DNA of 64,000 nt from Carcharhinus amblyrhynchos (Eukaryota). Of the stretch, positions 12,450 to 25,024 are shown piece by piece. A program made the translations under genes and the position numbers. Under the pieces are notes generated by a model. That model did no database searches and had not been told where the DNA came from. It saw only the letters and a list, made by a program, of their open reading frames with translations. How positions within the stretch are numbered: the stretch's first letter is position 1; the number at the start of each line of letters is the position of its first letter. Where the stretch lies: positions 18,600,001 through 18,664,000 of the forward strand of contig OZ336886.1 in assembly GCA_965287045.1 (NCBI GenBank), read 5' to 3'.

Positions 12450-12650
12450 ATTCATAGAATCCTAGAAACCCTACAGTGCAGAAAGAGGCCATCTGGCCCA
12501 TTGAGTCTGCACCAGACACAATCCTACCCAGGCCTGACCCCCATATCTCTACACATTTACCCGCTAATCCCTCTAACCCACGCATCTCAGGACACTAAGG
12601 GGCAATTTTTCGCATGGCCAATCAACCTAACCCGCACATCTTTGGACTCT
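12450..12650 (-). mobile_element. HE1-type V-SINE, 5'-truncated
   Basis: catagaatcctagaaaccctacagtgcagaaagaggccat...aggggcaattt...ggccaatcaacctaacccgcacatctttggact. Confidence 0.8.
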
Positions 12651-13509
12651 AGTTGGAGAGAAATAACAGGCCACATTCTCTGACCTCATCTGCAGCTGAG
12701 ATTCTCCCATCCCGATGCAATGAATAGAGATTTGACTGAGGCAAATCCTCCATTCCTGCTGACAGTCACAGCTGGGCATGAAGAGCTGGAAAATTCCAAC
12801 CAACATGTTGACGACTGTATTCATTTTAGAACTGAGCATGCATTGTTAAAAGCAGTTCGAGATCAAAACTGTGGTCTTGCACAGGACAGCTGTCACTTGG
12901 GGGAACAGAACTAATGCAGTCATTAGCCAAAAATAACAGGAGACAGACCACATTATAGATAAAGATCAGGGGAGAAAATTATCTGGTGCAAGATAATACT
13001 CTCCTTAAGGAATAAATATTCTAAATATTCTTCGCAATTGCCCTTGTGGGATTACTTGATATTTTGATGATGCATGTAGGACTCAAAAAAAGGGAGGCAA
13101 TTACATTTCAGTCCTATTATAAAAAATTTCCATAGCAACCCCCCCCTTTCAATAAACTGAGTAGTAAACGTTCGGTAAGCACAAACTTCACTTCTGTCAC
13201 TGAGCGAAAACCCAGAGGGAAAGGTGTTAGAAGTGGATGAAACAGCAATTTAGATGCTTCACAAGGAACACCACGCAAGGGTACAACGCAGGTTTGTGCC
13301 CACAATAATTTAGTTGGGGTCTCTCCAAAGTCCAGCTGTGCTTCTGTGAATAAGCAGCGGCTGCAGAACAAACGCTTCCTCAAAATGCGCATGACATCAT
13401 GAAAATCAGAGATTAGTGATGCGCATTTTCTTAGTGTGGCAATGGTAAAGGCCAGAAGATCAATCAGACAATCATCAACCCTTTCACCTGCAAGATAATA
13501 TATTTTTTT

Positions 13510-13858
13510 CTTTTTATTCTTTTCTGGGATGTGGGCACCGCTCATAATACCAGCATTTGTTGCCCATCCCTGATTTCCCTATAATGACGATGGCAAAGAG
13601 ACATCCACATTGCTGAAGGTCTGGAGTCACACATAGCCGGATCAGGTAAGGAAGACAGATTTCCTGCCCCAAAGGACATTAGCGAACCAGAAGCTTTTTC
13701 TAAAAAAAGAAAATTGACAATTGTATCATGCACCATCACTAGTTTTAATATTCCAGATTTATTGATGAAATTCAAATTCCACCGGCTGCAATGGTGGGAT
13801 TTGAACCGAAGCACAAGTCTGGGCCTCTGGATTACCAGGCCAGTGATATTACTGTTAT
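13510..13858 (-). mobile_element. Second tRNA-derived SINE family sharing its tail with the 41-42.7 kb LINE
   Basis: Minus strand: gtaatatcactggcctggtaatccagaggccc...ggttcaaatcccacca (B-box)...gggatgggcaacaaatgctgg...cccacatccc. Confidence 0.75.
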
Positions 13859-14572
13859 GTCCTAAAAAATGGCACAGGAAGATCCCAAGGGAGTAACACT
13901 TCAGAAAAGGAGGACTCTCACCTGAAATAGAGCGCTGAGGGAAAGAGAAGAATTTTGTACCCTAGCAACTGAAAAATAGCAATGTTAAATAATGCTCAAC
14001 TAAAGCCAAGTAGAAATACCACAGAAATGATTTTAGTGTACCCGGGAATATGAGGAAAATCTCATCACTTGGTCATGCACTTACTTTCAGTGGTACTGAT
14101 GTTCACCCACACATTATAATCTTGCATATTTTGCAACTAATTAAAAATAAAAAAAAGCACAAACATGATCGTCAAATATGACAATTCTAGTATTTTGCAG
14201 AACAATTCAGATGAGCCTTCGTCCTGAACTTACTGAAATATTTATTTACAAGTTGTCTTATAAAGCGAAGGTGAAAATCACTGAAAAAGACTCAACATCA
14301 TTGCATGAAATAACGGCAGTGAAAGCTATGGAGCCATGGAGATGGATGGAAAGAAACAAAGGGTGCAATCTTACTGGATGTTGATGCCATATTCACGCTG
14401 CAGCGAGGTTGAAGAATTTGGTCAACCAAAATTGGCCAAGTCTTCCTTCACTGCAGCGGGATGGGAAAATCCCACCAGAATGAACAGTAAAATTCCAGCA
14501 AAAGTGTTATCATGTGTACGGAGAAAATAACAACAGACACAGCCCCGTAGAGTCTACCACATCCACACGTAC

Positions 14573-15726
14573 CTGTCTATCAAACATAAATTCTGCAGCA
14601 TTATTTTCAGTCGCTCTGATGGGTGGTGTTTGCTCACAATGATCATCCTGACAGAGTTGCATGACATTTCTAAACGGCAGGGCATTACTTGTTGATAAGT
14701 CATTTACACTCTGGGAACGGCATGGTTTGAAATAATGCCGCTGATGACTACCAATAGTTCTCTCTGCATCTGAAAGATGACTCTCTGTGAAAGACAAATA
14801 ATCATTTTCTCCTGCTCCTCTGCAGTCTCCAGCTGTAGCCCTGGTTTCCAATAATATTCCACTGGAAGAATAAGAATCCATTTGGCTGGGCACGCCTGTC
14901 GGAGTAAACGATGTGGCTGAGATTTTAGCTTTGAGGCTTCGGGTGGAAGACAGTTTCCCCAGCGCGAAGGGAGATTTTGGCGGTCGCTCCCTGTTCTCAT
15001 CGGAAACGAAGTTGCGACTATTGGGCGAGTTTTTATTTACTACTTCTGTACTGGAGATCTTCTGTGTCCAGTCACTTGGATTGTTCGCGTTTACTCTTTC
15101 TGATGGAAGACCACACTTTGGAATGAAAGTCAAGTCATTGTTCTTAGTTCTAAACGGCACCTTCTGAGGGCAGTCTGTGATAGTCAATATGTTGACAGAG
15201 TCGAGCGAAGACAAAGAACCCGTGGTAATGTCAGAAAACGAAAGCGGTGATAGGTTGGGTGTGACAGATCTGCCCAGCTCCATTTTAGAGCGAAGAAGAT
15301 GCTGGGTATTGCTTGAGATTTCTGTTGGTAGCTTTGGCAACATTCGCTTCCTAGCTGTTGACCGCTTCTGAGAAACGGGTGAAATCCTGTCAGGTTCACG
15401 CCCTTTGTTCTTCAGATCAACGGTAGACTCTGCAGGATCTATGGTGGGCACTGGCTCCCTTCTCTCACAAACATCCACTGAACCCATGGGTTCTAAACCC
15501 TGCTGGAGAGGCTTACCAACATCAGCAGTTGAATCAGGATTTACCTCACGCGCACACTTTTCAGTGTTGCTCACAACCTCTGCCCTTCCGTTGTTCAGCA
15601 TGTTTAAGTCATTGGGCAGGTCTTCGGTGCTCGATGAACCATCTGCTGGATTCCGTTCATTTGTTTGCAGTTCATGACCTACACCTTCCTGGCGCTTCTT
15701 CTCTTTACAGCTCTCTTCACATCCAT
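14573..15726 (-). CDS. KNDC1: KNDC1 large exon (exon 6 equivalent), Ser/Pro-rich inter-KIND linker
   Basis: ttatacag|AT GGA TGT (phase 1, matches exon 5) to AGA CAG|gtacgt (phase 0, matches exon 7). 1154 nt with no stop, in frame with ORF 14510..15601. Confidence 0.9.
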
Positions 15727-17244
15727 CTGTATAAAGATTTTGAAAATGCAGGTCAACAGGATACCAAGTTTCATTTAAAATAAGTAGAAGGCATGCACAG
15801 GTTAAAAACGTATATTCTACAATAGATGAAAGAATACATTGGTAATACTAATTTCTTCTCACCGAGTGATTCACCTCGGGAATGAAATTAATCTGCACCA
15901 GGAGCAGTGCAAAATTGGCTGCTGACTCCCCACAGGCTTGTGGAGAATCAGCAGCCAATTTTGCACTGCTCTCAATCTTTTTTTTCCCCACAGAACAATA
16001 GTTCAAATCTTTTTGGAGTCTCATTTTCCAGTTTCAGGTTTTTCACTATGATGGAGAGGCTTTCCGTCATGGTGAAAACCCTGGAAGTGGCTGAAAACTC
16101 AAAGGCCGCCCCGAGCCCAACCTTTCCTATCTTTCGGGCCTAGGACTCGGAGTTGGGCCAGGACGTACACATGCGTGATTCACTGGGTCAGCTGGATTTA
16201 CATCACCAGATGTCTGCACTGAAGTGAGATTTTGGAAGGCCAGGAGTGCAGAATCCAGAGTGTGCGGATTGGAACAGGTAAAAGGAGGTCAGAACATGTT
16301 TGGATAGCTAGAATACTTTCTTGGATAGAGATGTGAGACACTTTTGGGAGGGGTAAGGTGCCCCTTGGGATTGTTGGAAACAAAAATTAATGCACTTTGA
16401 TGCACAAACTCATTGGATCTGTCCAGTTAATGGAGAACTAACCAGCTGTCAAGGAACTGTATAAAAACCATCCAGCTGTCAAGGAATTGTCTATCCAGCA
16501 AAGAACTGGTAAAGCGTTTTCCAGAAATGTTAAAACTGTCAAGGAATTGTGCAAGGATAAGAGATGAGTTGGCATGGAGGGGATAAGAGAAAAGGGTGCA
16601 GGTTGCATGGGTTGGCATGAGATGGCATTGAGGTAACACAGGGGTATAGGGCAATAAAGTGGTGGGTCACAGGCTGTTATAGGTTGACATAGATGGGGTA
16701 TAGGAACTATGTGCAGGGGAGATGGCTGAAGGCTTGAGGGATTTTTTAAAATACTTTTTTATTTTTAAACGTAGTATTGGAGCACAGAGGTAGGCCTTGC
16801 ATTCAATCTGCTTCTGTACCCTGCACATTCACTCCAAGGTTACTTATCCATGATTTCTATTTCACCTGTGCCTCTGACTGAAAAATTGACCTATAGGTGG
16901 CCATTTTGAAAGATCAGGCTTGCTGAAGCAGGAAATTTTCTGACTTGGTGAGTCAAGCCTGGGGATAGAAACCTGGACCTTAGTTGTTTTTAAATGGTTT
17001 GAAATTAAAAACCATTGCAACATTTTCCTGGTTGATTTCATTTTAATGTACCTTCACACACATACTTTTTCCTCTTTGAGAACGGTGGGAAAGTGGTGGA
17101 AGGATTCCCAAGGTGATTCTGAATCTGTCAAACCATGTTATGAATGTTTCTCCCATGGCAACAAGTCCTGGATTGGATTTGAACCCGCAGTTTGGATCCA
17201 AAAGTAGACACACTACCACTGTGCCACAAGATCCCCTACCTTTT

Positions 17245-17590
17245 TGATTTTATTTACTGTCACATGTATTACTTTACAGCGAAAAGTATTGTTTCTTGCA
17301 CAAGGCATACTGTTCATAGAGAAGGAAAGGAGAGAGTGCAGAATATAGTGTTACAGTCATAGCTAGGGTATTGAGAAAGATCAACTTAATATGAGGTTAG
17401 TCCATTCAAATGTCTGACGGCAGCAGGGAAGAAGCTGTTCTTGAGTTGGTTGGTACTTGATCTCAGACTTTTGTATCTTTTTCCTGATGGAAGAAGGCAG
17501 AAGAGAGTACGTCTAGGGGTGCATGGGGTCCTTGATTACGCTAGCTGCTTTACTGAGGCAGCGGGAAGTGTAGACAGAGTCAATGGATGA
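17245..17590 (-). mobile_element. Rex1/Babar-like LINE 3' end
   Basis: Reverse complement of the 1555-1845 and 55160-55510 family. Confidence 0.75.
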
Positions 17591-18019
17591 GCAAGTTGAC
17601 AAAATAGTCTAATAAAATCTGGGCAGAGATGGATTGGCTACTGATTTGCTACAAGCCTGTTTTACACTGCCAGTGTAGACCAATTTCATCCCCCTTGTAT
17701 ATCAAAATATATCTGTTAATTCAAATTTTGCAAAACATCTGGCTGAATTCTTTCGCCAATTAATACTTATTTTGATTTCTATCAACATCAAGCAAAATGC
17801 TCTGATAAACAGAATAACAATAGAATTGTACTAAAAACTTTTTCATACATTTTTTTCAACTGTATTTCCATTAAGTGAAGAATTACTGAACTAAAATACA
17901 GCATCAAGGGATTCAACCAATCATGAACTAAATGACGCAGTACAAAATAAAATAAGTTTGATGAAGTGCAGTATAATCAAAGACACAGCCAAAGCTAAAA
18001 TACTCCTTTCTTTTTAAAA

Positions 18020-18315
18020 GCCCACGGTGCAGAAGCAGGCCATTCAGCCCATTGAGCCTGCGCTGACAACAATCCCACCCAGGCCCTATCCCGATAACCA
18101 TTTACCCTGCTAATCCCCCAACACTAAGCGGCAATTTAAGCATGGCCAATCAACCTAACCCACACATATAACTGTGGGAGGAAACCAGAGCACCCAGAGA
18201 AAACCCGTGCAGCAATGGAAAGAACATGCAAACTCCAAACAGTCTCCTGAAGCTGGAACTGAACCTGGGTCCCTAGTGCTGTGAGGCAGCAGTGCTAGCC
18301 ACTGTGCCACCCTCC
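18020..18315 (-). mobile_element. HE1-type V-SINE
   Basis: Same head, central domain and tail as 5808-6143. Confidence 0.85.
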
Positions 18316-19304
18316 CTGCTGTGACTGATTAAGAAGGAGGAAAGGAACAGATGCCTGTTTATTCAAGATTTAGGACTTACTATTCTTACAGGAAAGATAC
18401 TATTAAATGTAATTAGAAAGTAATTAAATGCCATGGGGTGCAGATCTGTCCTGCTGCTGCAAGTGCGGCACAGGAGGAAATCCAGCTGCCAGCATACCTG
18501 CTGTTTGTCTATTCCAAACCTCGAGAATGACATTACTTATGTCAATGTGATGTAACACATGCCCGTTTATAAACACTACTTGGTCATCATCCCTGAAGGA
18601 GACACGTAAGTCAGAGTGACAGCTTGCTGCTTATTGAGGAAGGTTTGGTTAATTCATCTGCAAAGTTGAATTTATTTTTAAAATTGACAGCAATTTGTTC
18701 AAGGTTGCTTTTCTAATGGTAACTGATCCAGAAGGATGAGAGGGGATCTCACTGAAACATATGAAATTCGGACAGACTGGATGCAGGGATGTTGTTTTGC
18801 TGTCTTCATTCTATGTTCTCGGGCCCAATAATTTTACGGCCCACATGATGTTCATTTGCTACAGCACTCTATGGGAATGATTTTGAGCCCACGTTTGCTG
18901 TGAACTCAAATGGCAAACTGGGCATAAAAACCCGCGAGAATCAGAAAATAATATTCTCATCAGCGAGATCTTGTTTCCCAATTTCCCCCCAGTAAAGTAA
19001 CAAGGCTCCACTTCTTTTTAATCAATTTTAATATAATTAACAGCCTTCTCCACCATATCTACGTCCCACATTTAACATTCAGACATCGACGAGATCTACA
19101 ACAGGTATTTAAAAATATGAAACATTTAGAGTGAATCCATCGAGAGTGTCAAAGGTAAGTATAGCCCCCAGGTGGAGAAGGTTATGCACATTTGCTGGGG
19201 ACCCCTCTGGGAAACTCCAGCGGGGAGTGTTCCCCTTATTTGTGGGGGCCTGCCCTGGTGCTCGAGTGTGGTGGGGGAAGACTGCCCTAGTGCTTGCATG
19301 GAAT

Positions 19305-20254
19305 CATAGAATCAACAGTGCAGAAGAGGCTATTTGGCCCATCAAGAATGCACCGACACCAATCCCACCCAGGTTCTGTCCTATCCCCATAACCCCACAT
19401 ATTTATCTTCCAAATCCCCCTGACATTAAGGGGCAATTTATCATGGCCAATCAACCTAGAGTTTAATTTAGATAAATGCGAGGTGATGCATTTTGGTAGA
19501 TTGAACCAGGGCAGGACTTATTCAGTTAATGGTAGGGCAAAGGGGAGAGTTACAGAACAAAGAGATCTAGGAGTACAGGTTCACAGCTCCTTGAAAGTGG
19601 AGTCACAGGTGGACAGAGTGGTGAAGAGGACATTCAGCATGCTTGGTTTCATTGGTCATAACATTGAATACAGGAGTTGGGACGTCTTGTTGAAGTTGTA
19701 CAAGACATTGGTAAGGCCACACTTGCAATACTGTGGACAGTTCTGGTCATCCTGTTATAAAAAGGATATTATTAAATGAGAAACGGTGCAGAAAAGATTT
19801 ACTAGGATGCCATTGGAACCTGATGATTTGAGTTATAAGGAGAGGCTGGACAGACTGGAACTTTTTTCTCTGGAGTGTAGAACGAGCTGCCAGAGGCAGT
19901 AGTAGAGGCAGGTACAATTTTGTCTTTGAAAAAGCATTTAGATAGTTACATGGATAGAATGGGTACAGAGGGATATGGGCCAAATGCAGGCAATTGGGAC
20001 AAGCTTCAGGATTTTAAAAAAAGGGCAGCATAGACAAGTTGGGCTGAAGGGCCTGTTTCCATGCTGCAAACCTCTATGACCCTATAACCCACTCACCTTT
20101 GGACTATGGAAGGAAACTGGAGCACCTGGAGGAAACCCACGCAGACATGGGGAGAATGTGTAAACTCCACACAGACAGCCACCCAAGGCTGGAATTAAAC
20201 CCGGGTCCCTGGCACTGTGAGGCAGCAGTGCTAACCGCTGTGCCACCATGCTGC
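19305..20254 (-). mobile_element. HE1-type V-SINE split by a CR1 insertion (halves 19305-19458 and 20085-20254)
   Basis: Consensus ggccaatcaaccta|acccgcacatctttggact is broken exactly at this junction by CR1 sequence. Confidence 0.8.
19459..20084 (+). mobile_element. CR1 LINE 3' fragment with internal deletion
   Basis: ORF 19483..19779 MHFGRLNQGR...EQRDLGVQVH...LYKTLVRPHL. Confidence 0.9.
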
Positions 20255-20755
20255 CTAAGTGTGTGGGGGGAGGTTGTCCCATTGCTTTAGTGGGTGGGAA
20301 GGGGACGGGAAATGGTGGCGTGGCTGCCTTGATGTGTGCACGGGGCGGGGGAAGGAGACAGGGGGTGGGGGGGGGGTGGTGGTTCCCTATATCAATGGTT
20401 TTTTTGTTTTGTACATATTGGGGTGTCCTTTAAAAGCAGCACCCTGATCTCTGTGGAGCCAGTGTTGCTGGTATTCTGACTCCGTTTTGCTAGCGTTACA
20501 GCATCTGATATGCCTGCAGCAGTTATTTACTCTAAATGCTGCGTTACCTGGCGCAAAAAGCTGGCAGAGCTGCATGTCGATTTTCTCGCCAGAGTAAATA
20601 GCGAAAAAGGTTGCCCTTCATCTTAGTCTAACTAACATGAACAATTGTTTGGATTTTTCAAGACTTATTGAAATATGCAATAGATGTGCCTTTTAAAACA
20701 TTTGAAGTAAGCTGGAAGTTTCTTGTGGCTACGAAAATAATTATCTGTCACTTAC

Positions 20756-20873
20756 CTTGGAAAGCACCAACAGATTCAATCGAAAGCACCCTTCGACCCA
20801 CGGCAGAGAGATTGCGACAAATAACATCTGAGGATAAGCATTTTAACTTTTCTTCACAAGTGTTGAGAATACC
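20756..20873 (-). CDS. KNDC1: KNDC1 coding exon (exon 5 equivalent), end of KIND1
   Basis: cctgcag|GGT...CAA G|gtaagt. 118 nt, GILNTCEEKLKCLSSDVICRNLSAVGRRVLSIESVGAFQ, containing the conserved LSAVGRRVLSIES motif. Confidence 0.95.
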
Positions 20874-21179
20874 CTGCAGGATACAAATAAACCAATCATT
20901 ATCAGAACCTTTATTGAATATACAGTATTAGTCTACTTTGCAAATGTGGAAGAAATGAATTGGTACAATGGGTTAGCACACTGACCTGTCACCAGACATT
21001 TTGGCTCTTGAAATATAGATCAACAAAGTGAAAGCCTTCTCTTTGTCAATTGTAATAGTCCAAAGTAAAAGAAATTGGACAATCTCAACTCAGATGATTA
21101 AATATGAAACCAAAGCACTGCCCAACAATTGCCAATCTTATCAAGTGAGAGATTAAGGAGCAGTGGGCCAAATCAGACT

Positions 21180-21985
21180 GTTGATTTGATTTATTATTGT
21201 CACATGTATTGGTACACAGTGAAATGTATTATTGCTTGCACACTATACAGACAAAGCACACTGTACATAGAGAAGAAAAGACGTTGCAGAATGTAGTATT
21301 ATAGTAATAGCTAGGGTAAAGAGAAAGATCAGCTTTATATATGGTAGGTCCATTCAGAAGTCTGGTAGCAGCAGGGAAGAAACTGTGCTTAGAAACTAGA
21401 AGCAGGAGTAGGCCATTCAACCCTTCTAGCCTGCTCCACTATTCATTTTGATCATGGTGATTATCAAATTCAATATCCTGATCCCTACTTCCCCCCCATA
21501 TCCCTTGATCCTTTTTACCCCAGGAGCTAGAGCTAATATTTAATTTAAACTTGAGTTGGTTGGTACATGAGGGCAGACTTTTGTATCTTTTTTGCAATAG
21601 GATGTGGTGGAAAAGACTATGTCCAGGGTGCATGGGGTCCTTGATTATGCTGGCTGCTTTTCCGAGGCCGCGGGAAGTGTAGACAGAGGGAGTCTGGTTT
21701 GTGCAATAGACTGGACTTCATTCGCGACGCTTCGTAGTTTCTTGTGATCTTGGGCAGAGCAGGAGTGATACAGCCAGAAAGAATGCTTTCTATGGTGCAT
21801 CTGTAAAGTTGGTGAGAGCCACAGCCAAATTTTCTCAGTCTCCTGAGAAAGCAGAGGTGTTAGTGGGCTCTCTTAACAGTAGCGTTGGCATGGAGGGACC
21901 AGGACAGATTCCTGAAGTCGGTGACCATCTCCTTCGTTTTACCGATGTTAAGGGAGAGATTATTGTTGTGGCACCAGGTTGTTGG
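21180..21985 (-). mobile_element. Rex1/Babar-like LINE fragment with nested CR1 tail (~21391-21548)
   Basis: Minus strand WCHNNNLSLNIGKTKEMVTDFR, HPGHSLFH...KRYKSL and SFFPAATRLLN. The insert agaaactagaagcaggagtaggccattc is a CR1 3' UTR. Confidence 0.8.
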
Positions 21986-22330
21986 AATATAGTGGAAATA
22001 TCTTTTCCTGCCATTGGATGAAGCTATCCTGACCTTAGGTGACATTTTTGCCTAAAGCTTCATCATTTAACAATGACACTGTTAAACTTGATATAACAGC
22101 AATTTAACATTTGTAAACAGCCTTTCACATAATATCCTGCCTTACTTCACGCAAGGGCTGGGCACCAGCTAAGATGTTGGATGGGATTGGGGTGGGTAGG
22201 AAGCTATGAGGTTTTATTCTGTTAGGTGAGTGGGAGGTAACAAGGGAAGTAGCCAGCAATATCCAGGCTCTGCCGTAACGGTGGAGTGAAATGGTAAGGG
22301 ACATAGTAAATTACTACGCACGGGAATTTG

Positions 22331-22812
22331 GCCTCTGATGTTCGGGTAAGCGTTCTCTAAGGCAGCCTTCACAACACACGACAGTGCAGAGTCACTGAGC
22401 AGAGACTGATAGCCAAGTTCTGCACACATGAGGACGGTCTCAACTTGGATCTTGGGTTCATGTCGCACTATCTGTAACCCCCATGACTTCCCTGCATTTG
22501 CAAAACCTCACTTACTGTACTGTCTGGATACACATCTCTTTAACCTATGCCTAATGCTCTTTCCACTCACATTGTCGGCATCTTTAAGACTTGAATAGCA
22601 GGTTAGTTGTAAAGACTTGCATTCTAGTCAGTAATCTGTAAACTGTGTGTGCCATTATATATTCTGTCTGAGGCCAGAACTCTCCATTCACCTGACAAAG
22701 GGGCAAACCCCAAAAGCTTGTGAGTTTACTATCAAATAAATTGGTTGGACTTTAACCTGGTGTTGTGAGACTTCCTACTGTGTTTACCCCTGTCCAACGT
22801 CACATCATGACT
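22331..22812 (+). mobile_element. Penelope-like retroelement 3' fragment (GIY-YIG C-terminus, 3' UTR, decayed hammerhead)
   Basis: Plus frame SDVRVSVL*GSLHNTRQCRVTEQRLIAKFCTHEDGLNLDLGFMSHYL* (stop 22475-22477) resembles the PLE GIY-YIG C-terminal (...E...I..F.T...GLN) signature. Then tcacctgacaaaggggcaaaccccaaaagcttgtga at 22688-22723 and the same terminal sequence as the palindromic inserts. Confidence 0.8.
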
Positions 22813-24430
22813 ACAGGGGAGGTCCCAGAGAACTGGAGAATAGCCAATGTTGTTCCTTTGTTTAGAAAGGGTAGCAAGAATAATCCTGGTAATTACAGGC
22901 CTTATGTCAGTGGTAGGGAAATTATTAGAGAGGATTTTTCAAGACAGGATTTAGTCCCACTTGGAAAATAAGTGGATGTATTAGCAAGAGGCAACATGGT
23001 TTTGCGAAGGAGAGGTCGTGCCTCACTAACTTGATTGAGCTTTTTGAGGAAGTGACGAAGATGGTTGATGAGGGTAGGGTAGTAGAGGTTGTCTACATGG
23101 ATTTCAGTCAGGCCTTTGACTGGTGAAGTCGCATGGGATCACAGGTGAGCTGGCAAGGTGGATACAGAATTGGCTCGGTCATAGAACTCAGTAAGAAGTC
23201 TCAGAACATCAGGTTAAAGTCCAACAGGTTTATTTGGTAGCACCAGCCACTAGCTTTCGGAATGATGAAGGGGCTAACGGCTTGTGCTACCAAATAAACC
23301 TGTTGGACTTTAACCTGGTGTTGTGAGACTTCTTACTGTGTTTTCCCCAGTCCAATGCTGGCACCTCCACATCTCGGTCATAGAAGACAGAGTAGCAGTG
23401 GAAGCGTGCGTTTTTGAATGGAGGGCTGTGATAAGTGGCATTTCTCAGGGATCAGTGCTTTGCTGTTTGTAATATAAATGATTTGGAAGAAAACGTAACT
23501 GGTTTGATTAGTAAATTTGCAAATGACACAAAGGCTGCTGGATTTGCTGATAACGATGAGGACATTCAGGTGATATAGCAGGATATAGATCGGTTGGAGA
23601 CTTAGGCGGAGAGATGGCAGTTGGAGTTTAATCTGGAAGAATGTGAGGTGGTGTATTTTGAAAGGTCTAATACATAAAGGGAATATACAATAAATGGCAG
23701 AATCCTTAAGAGCACTGATAGCCAGACGGATTTGGATGTACAGGTACACAGGTCACTGAAAGTGGCAACGCAGGTGGAGCAGATAGTCAAGAAGGCTTAC
23801 GGCATGCTTGCCTTCATCGGCCAGGGTATTGAATTTAAAAATTGGCAAGTCACATTGCAGCTTTATAGAATCTTAGTTAAGCCACACTTGGAATATAGTG
23901 TTCAATTCTGGTTGCCACATTACCAGAAGGATGCTTTGGAGAGAGTACAGAAAAGATTAACCAGAATGTTGCCTGATATGGAGGGCATTAGCTAAGAGGA
24001 GAAGTTGAAGAAACTTGGTTTGTTCTCATTGGAACAACATAAGTTCAGGGATGACCTGATAGAAGTCTACGAGATTCTGAGGGGCATGAACAGTATGGAT
24101 AGTCAGAAGCTTTTTCCCCAAGGTTGAAGAGTCAATTACTAGGGGGCATAGGTTTAAGGTGCGAGGGGCAAGGTTTAAAGGAGATATACAAGGCAAGTTT
24201 TTTTTTACACAGAGGATGGTGAGTGCCTGGAACTCATTATCGAGGGAGGTAGTGGAAGCAGATATGATAGTGACTTCTAAGGGGCATCTTGACAAATACA
24301 TGAATAGGATGGGAATGGAGTGATGTGGTTCCTGGAAGGGTAGGGGGTTTTGTTCAGTCAGGCAGTATGGTTGGTGCAGGCTTGGAGGGCCGAAGGTCCT
24401 GTTCCTACGCTGTAATTTTCTTTGTTGTAA
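22813..24430 (+). mobile_element. CR1 LINE, decayed RT domain to 3' UTR
   Basis: EVPENWRIANVVPLFRKGSKNNPGNYRP, QHGFAKERSCLTNLIE, ISKFANDTK (decayed FADD), KPHLEYSVQFWLPH. Confidence 0.92.
23187..23372. mobile_element. Palindromic PLE terminal-repeat insert nested in CR1
   Basis: Perfect 13-bp TSD ctcggtcatagaa (23174-23186 / 23373-23385), inverted arms of ~55 bp, truncated hammerhead remnants at the centre. Confidence 0.9.
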
Positions 24431-25024
24431 GACCCTGTGGTAAAACCTCCAACCCCTCCTCATGTTCACTCAGCACTCATTGTAGCTGAGGATTCCAGGA
24501 CATTCTCTTGGGTGTCAATAATAAGAATCAGTCCATTCATGCATTGTCCCCACCATTAGAATTCCACCTTGTGTTGTCAAATCCCCAACCAGACACAAAA
24601 CCAGAAAGACAGATTCCGCCCCCATGGCCACATGATCAGTGAATTAGGGAACAGCAGCATTTGCCTTCACAGAGGTCCAGCCCAGGTCACAGTGAAAATA
24701 AACTAGGGGATACAGAAATGCAGCACGCAATCTGATACCCAGATGTTGCTCAATTATTTGTCAGGACCTGCCTCGTGATATTGATGATGCAAGGCTGAAA
24801 GAAACTTCCATAAAATTGGCAACGTGGTGCAATTCTGTACTGATAAGAGGGGATGAGGAAGACAACAGCAACGGGGGAGAGTTGGAAGGGACCGGAGAGG
24901 TGAGGTACTTGGTGCTCCACATCATGTGCAACACCCTTTCTATTGGGCCTTGGGTATTGTTGGATCTGTACTCCTCCAAACAAGTGGAGAATACTCCATT
25001 ACATATCTGACCTGTGCGTTACGG

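Noticed and set aside
13117-13545. 142-aa minus-strand ORF with an acceptor-like ttatcttgcag as an extra KNDC1 exon
   Set aside because: Exon 6 ends in phase 0, and that phase hits TGA after seven codons. The open frame would need phase 1, and exon 6 already joins exon 7 in frame.
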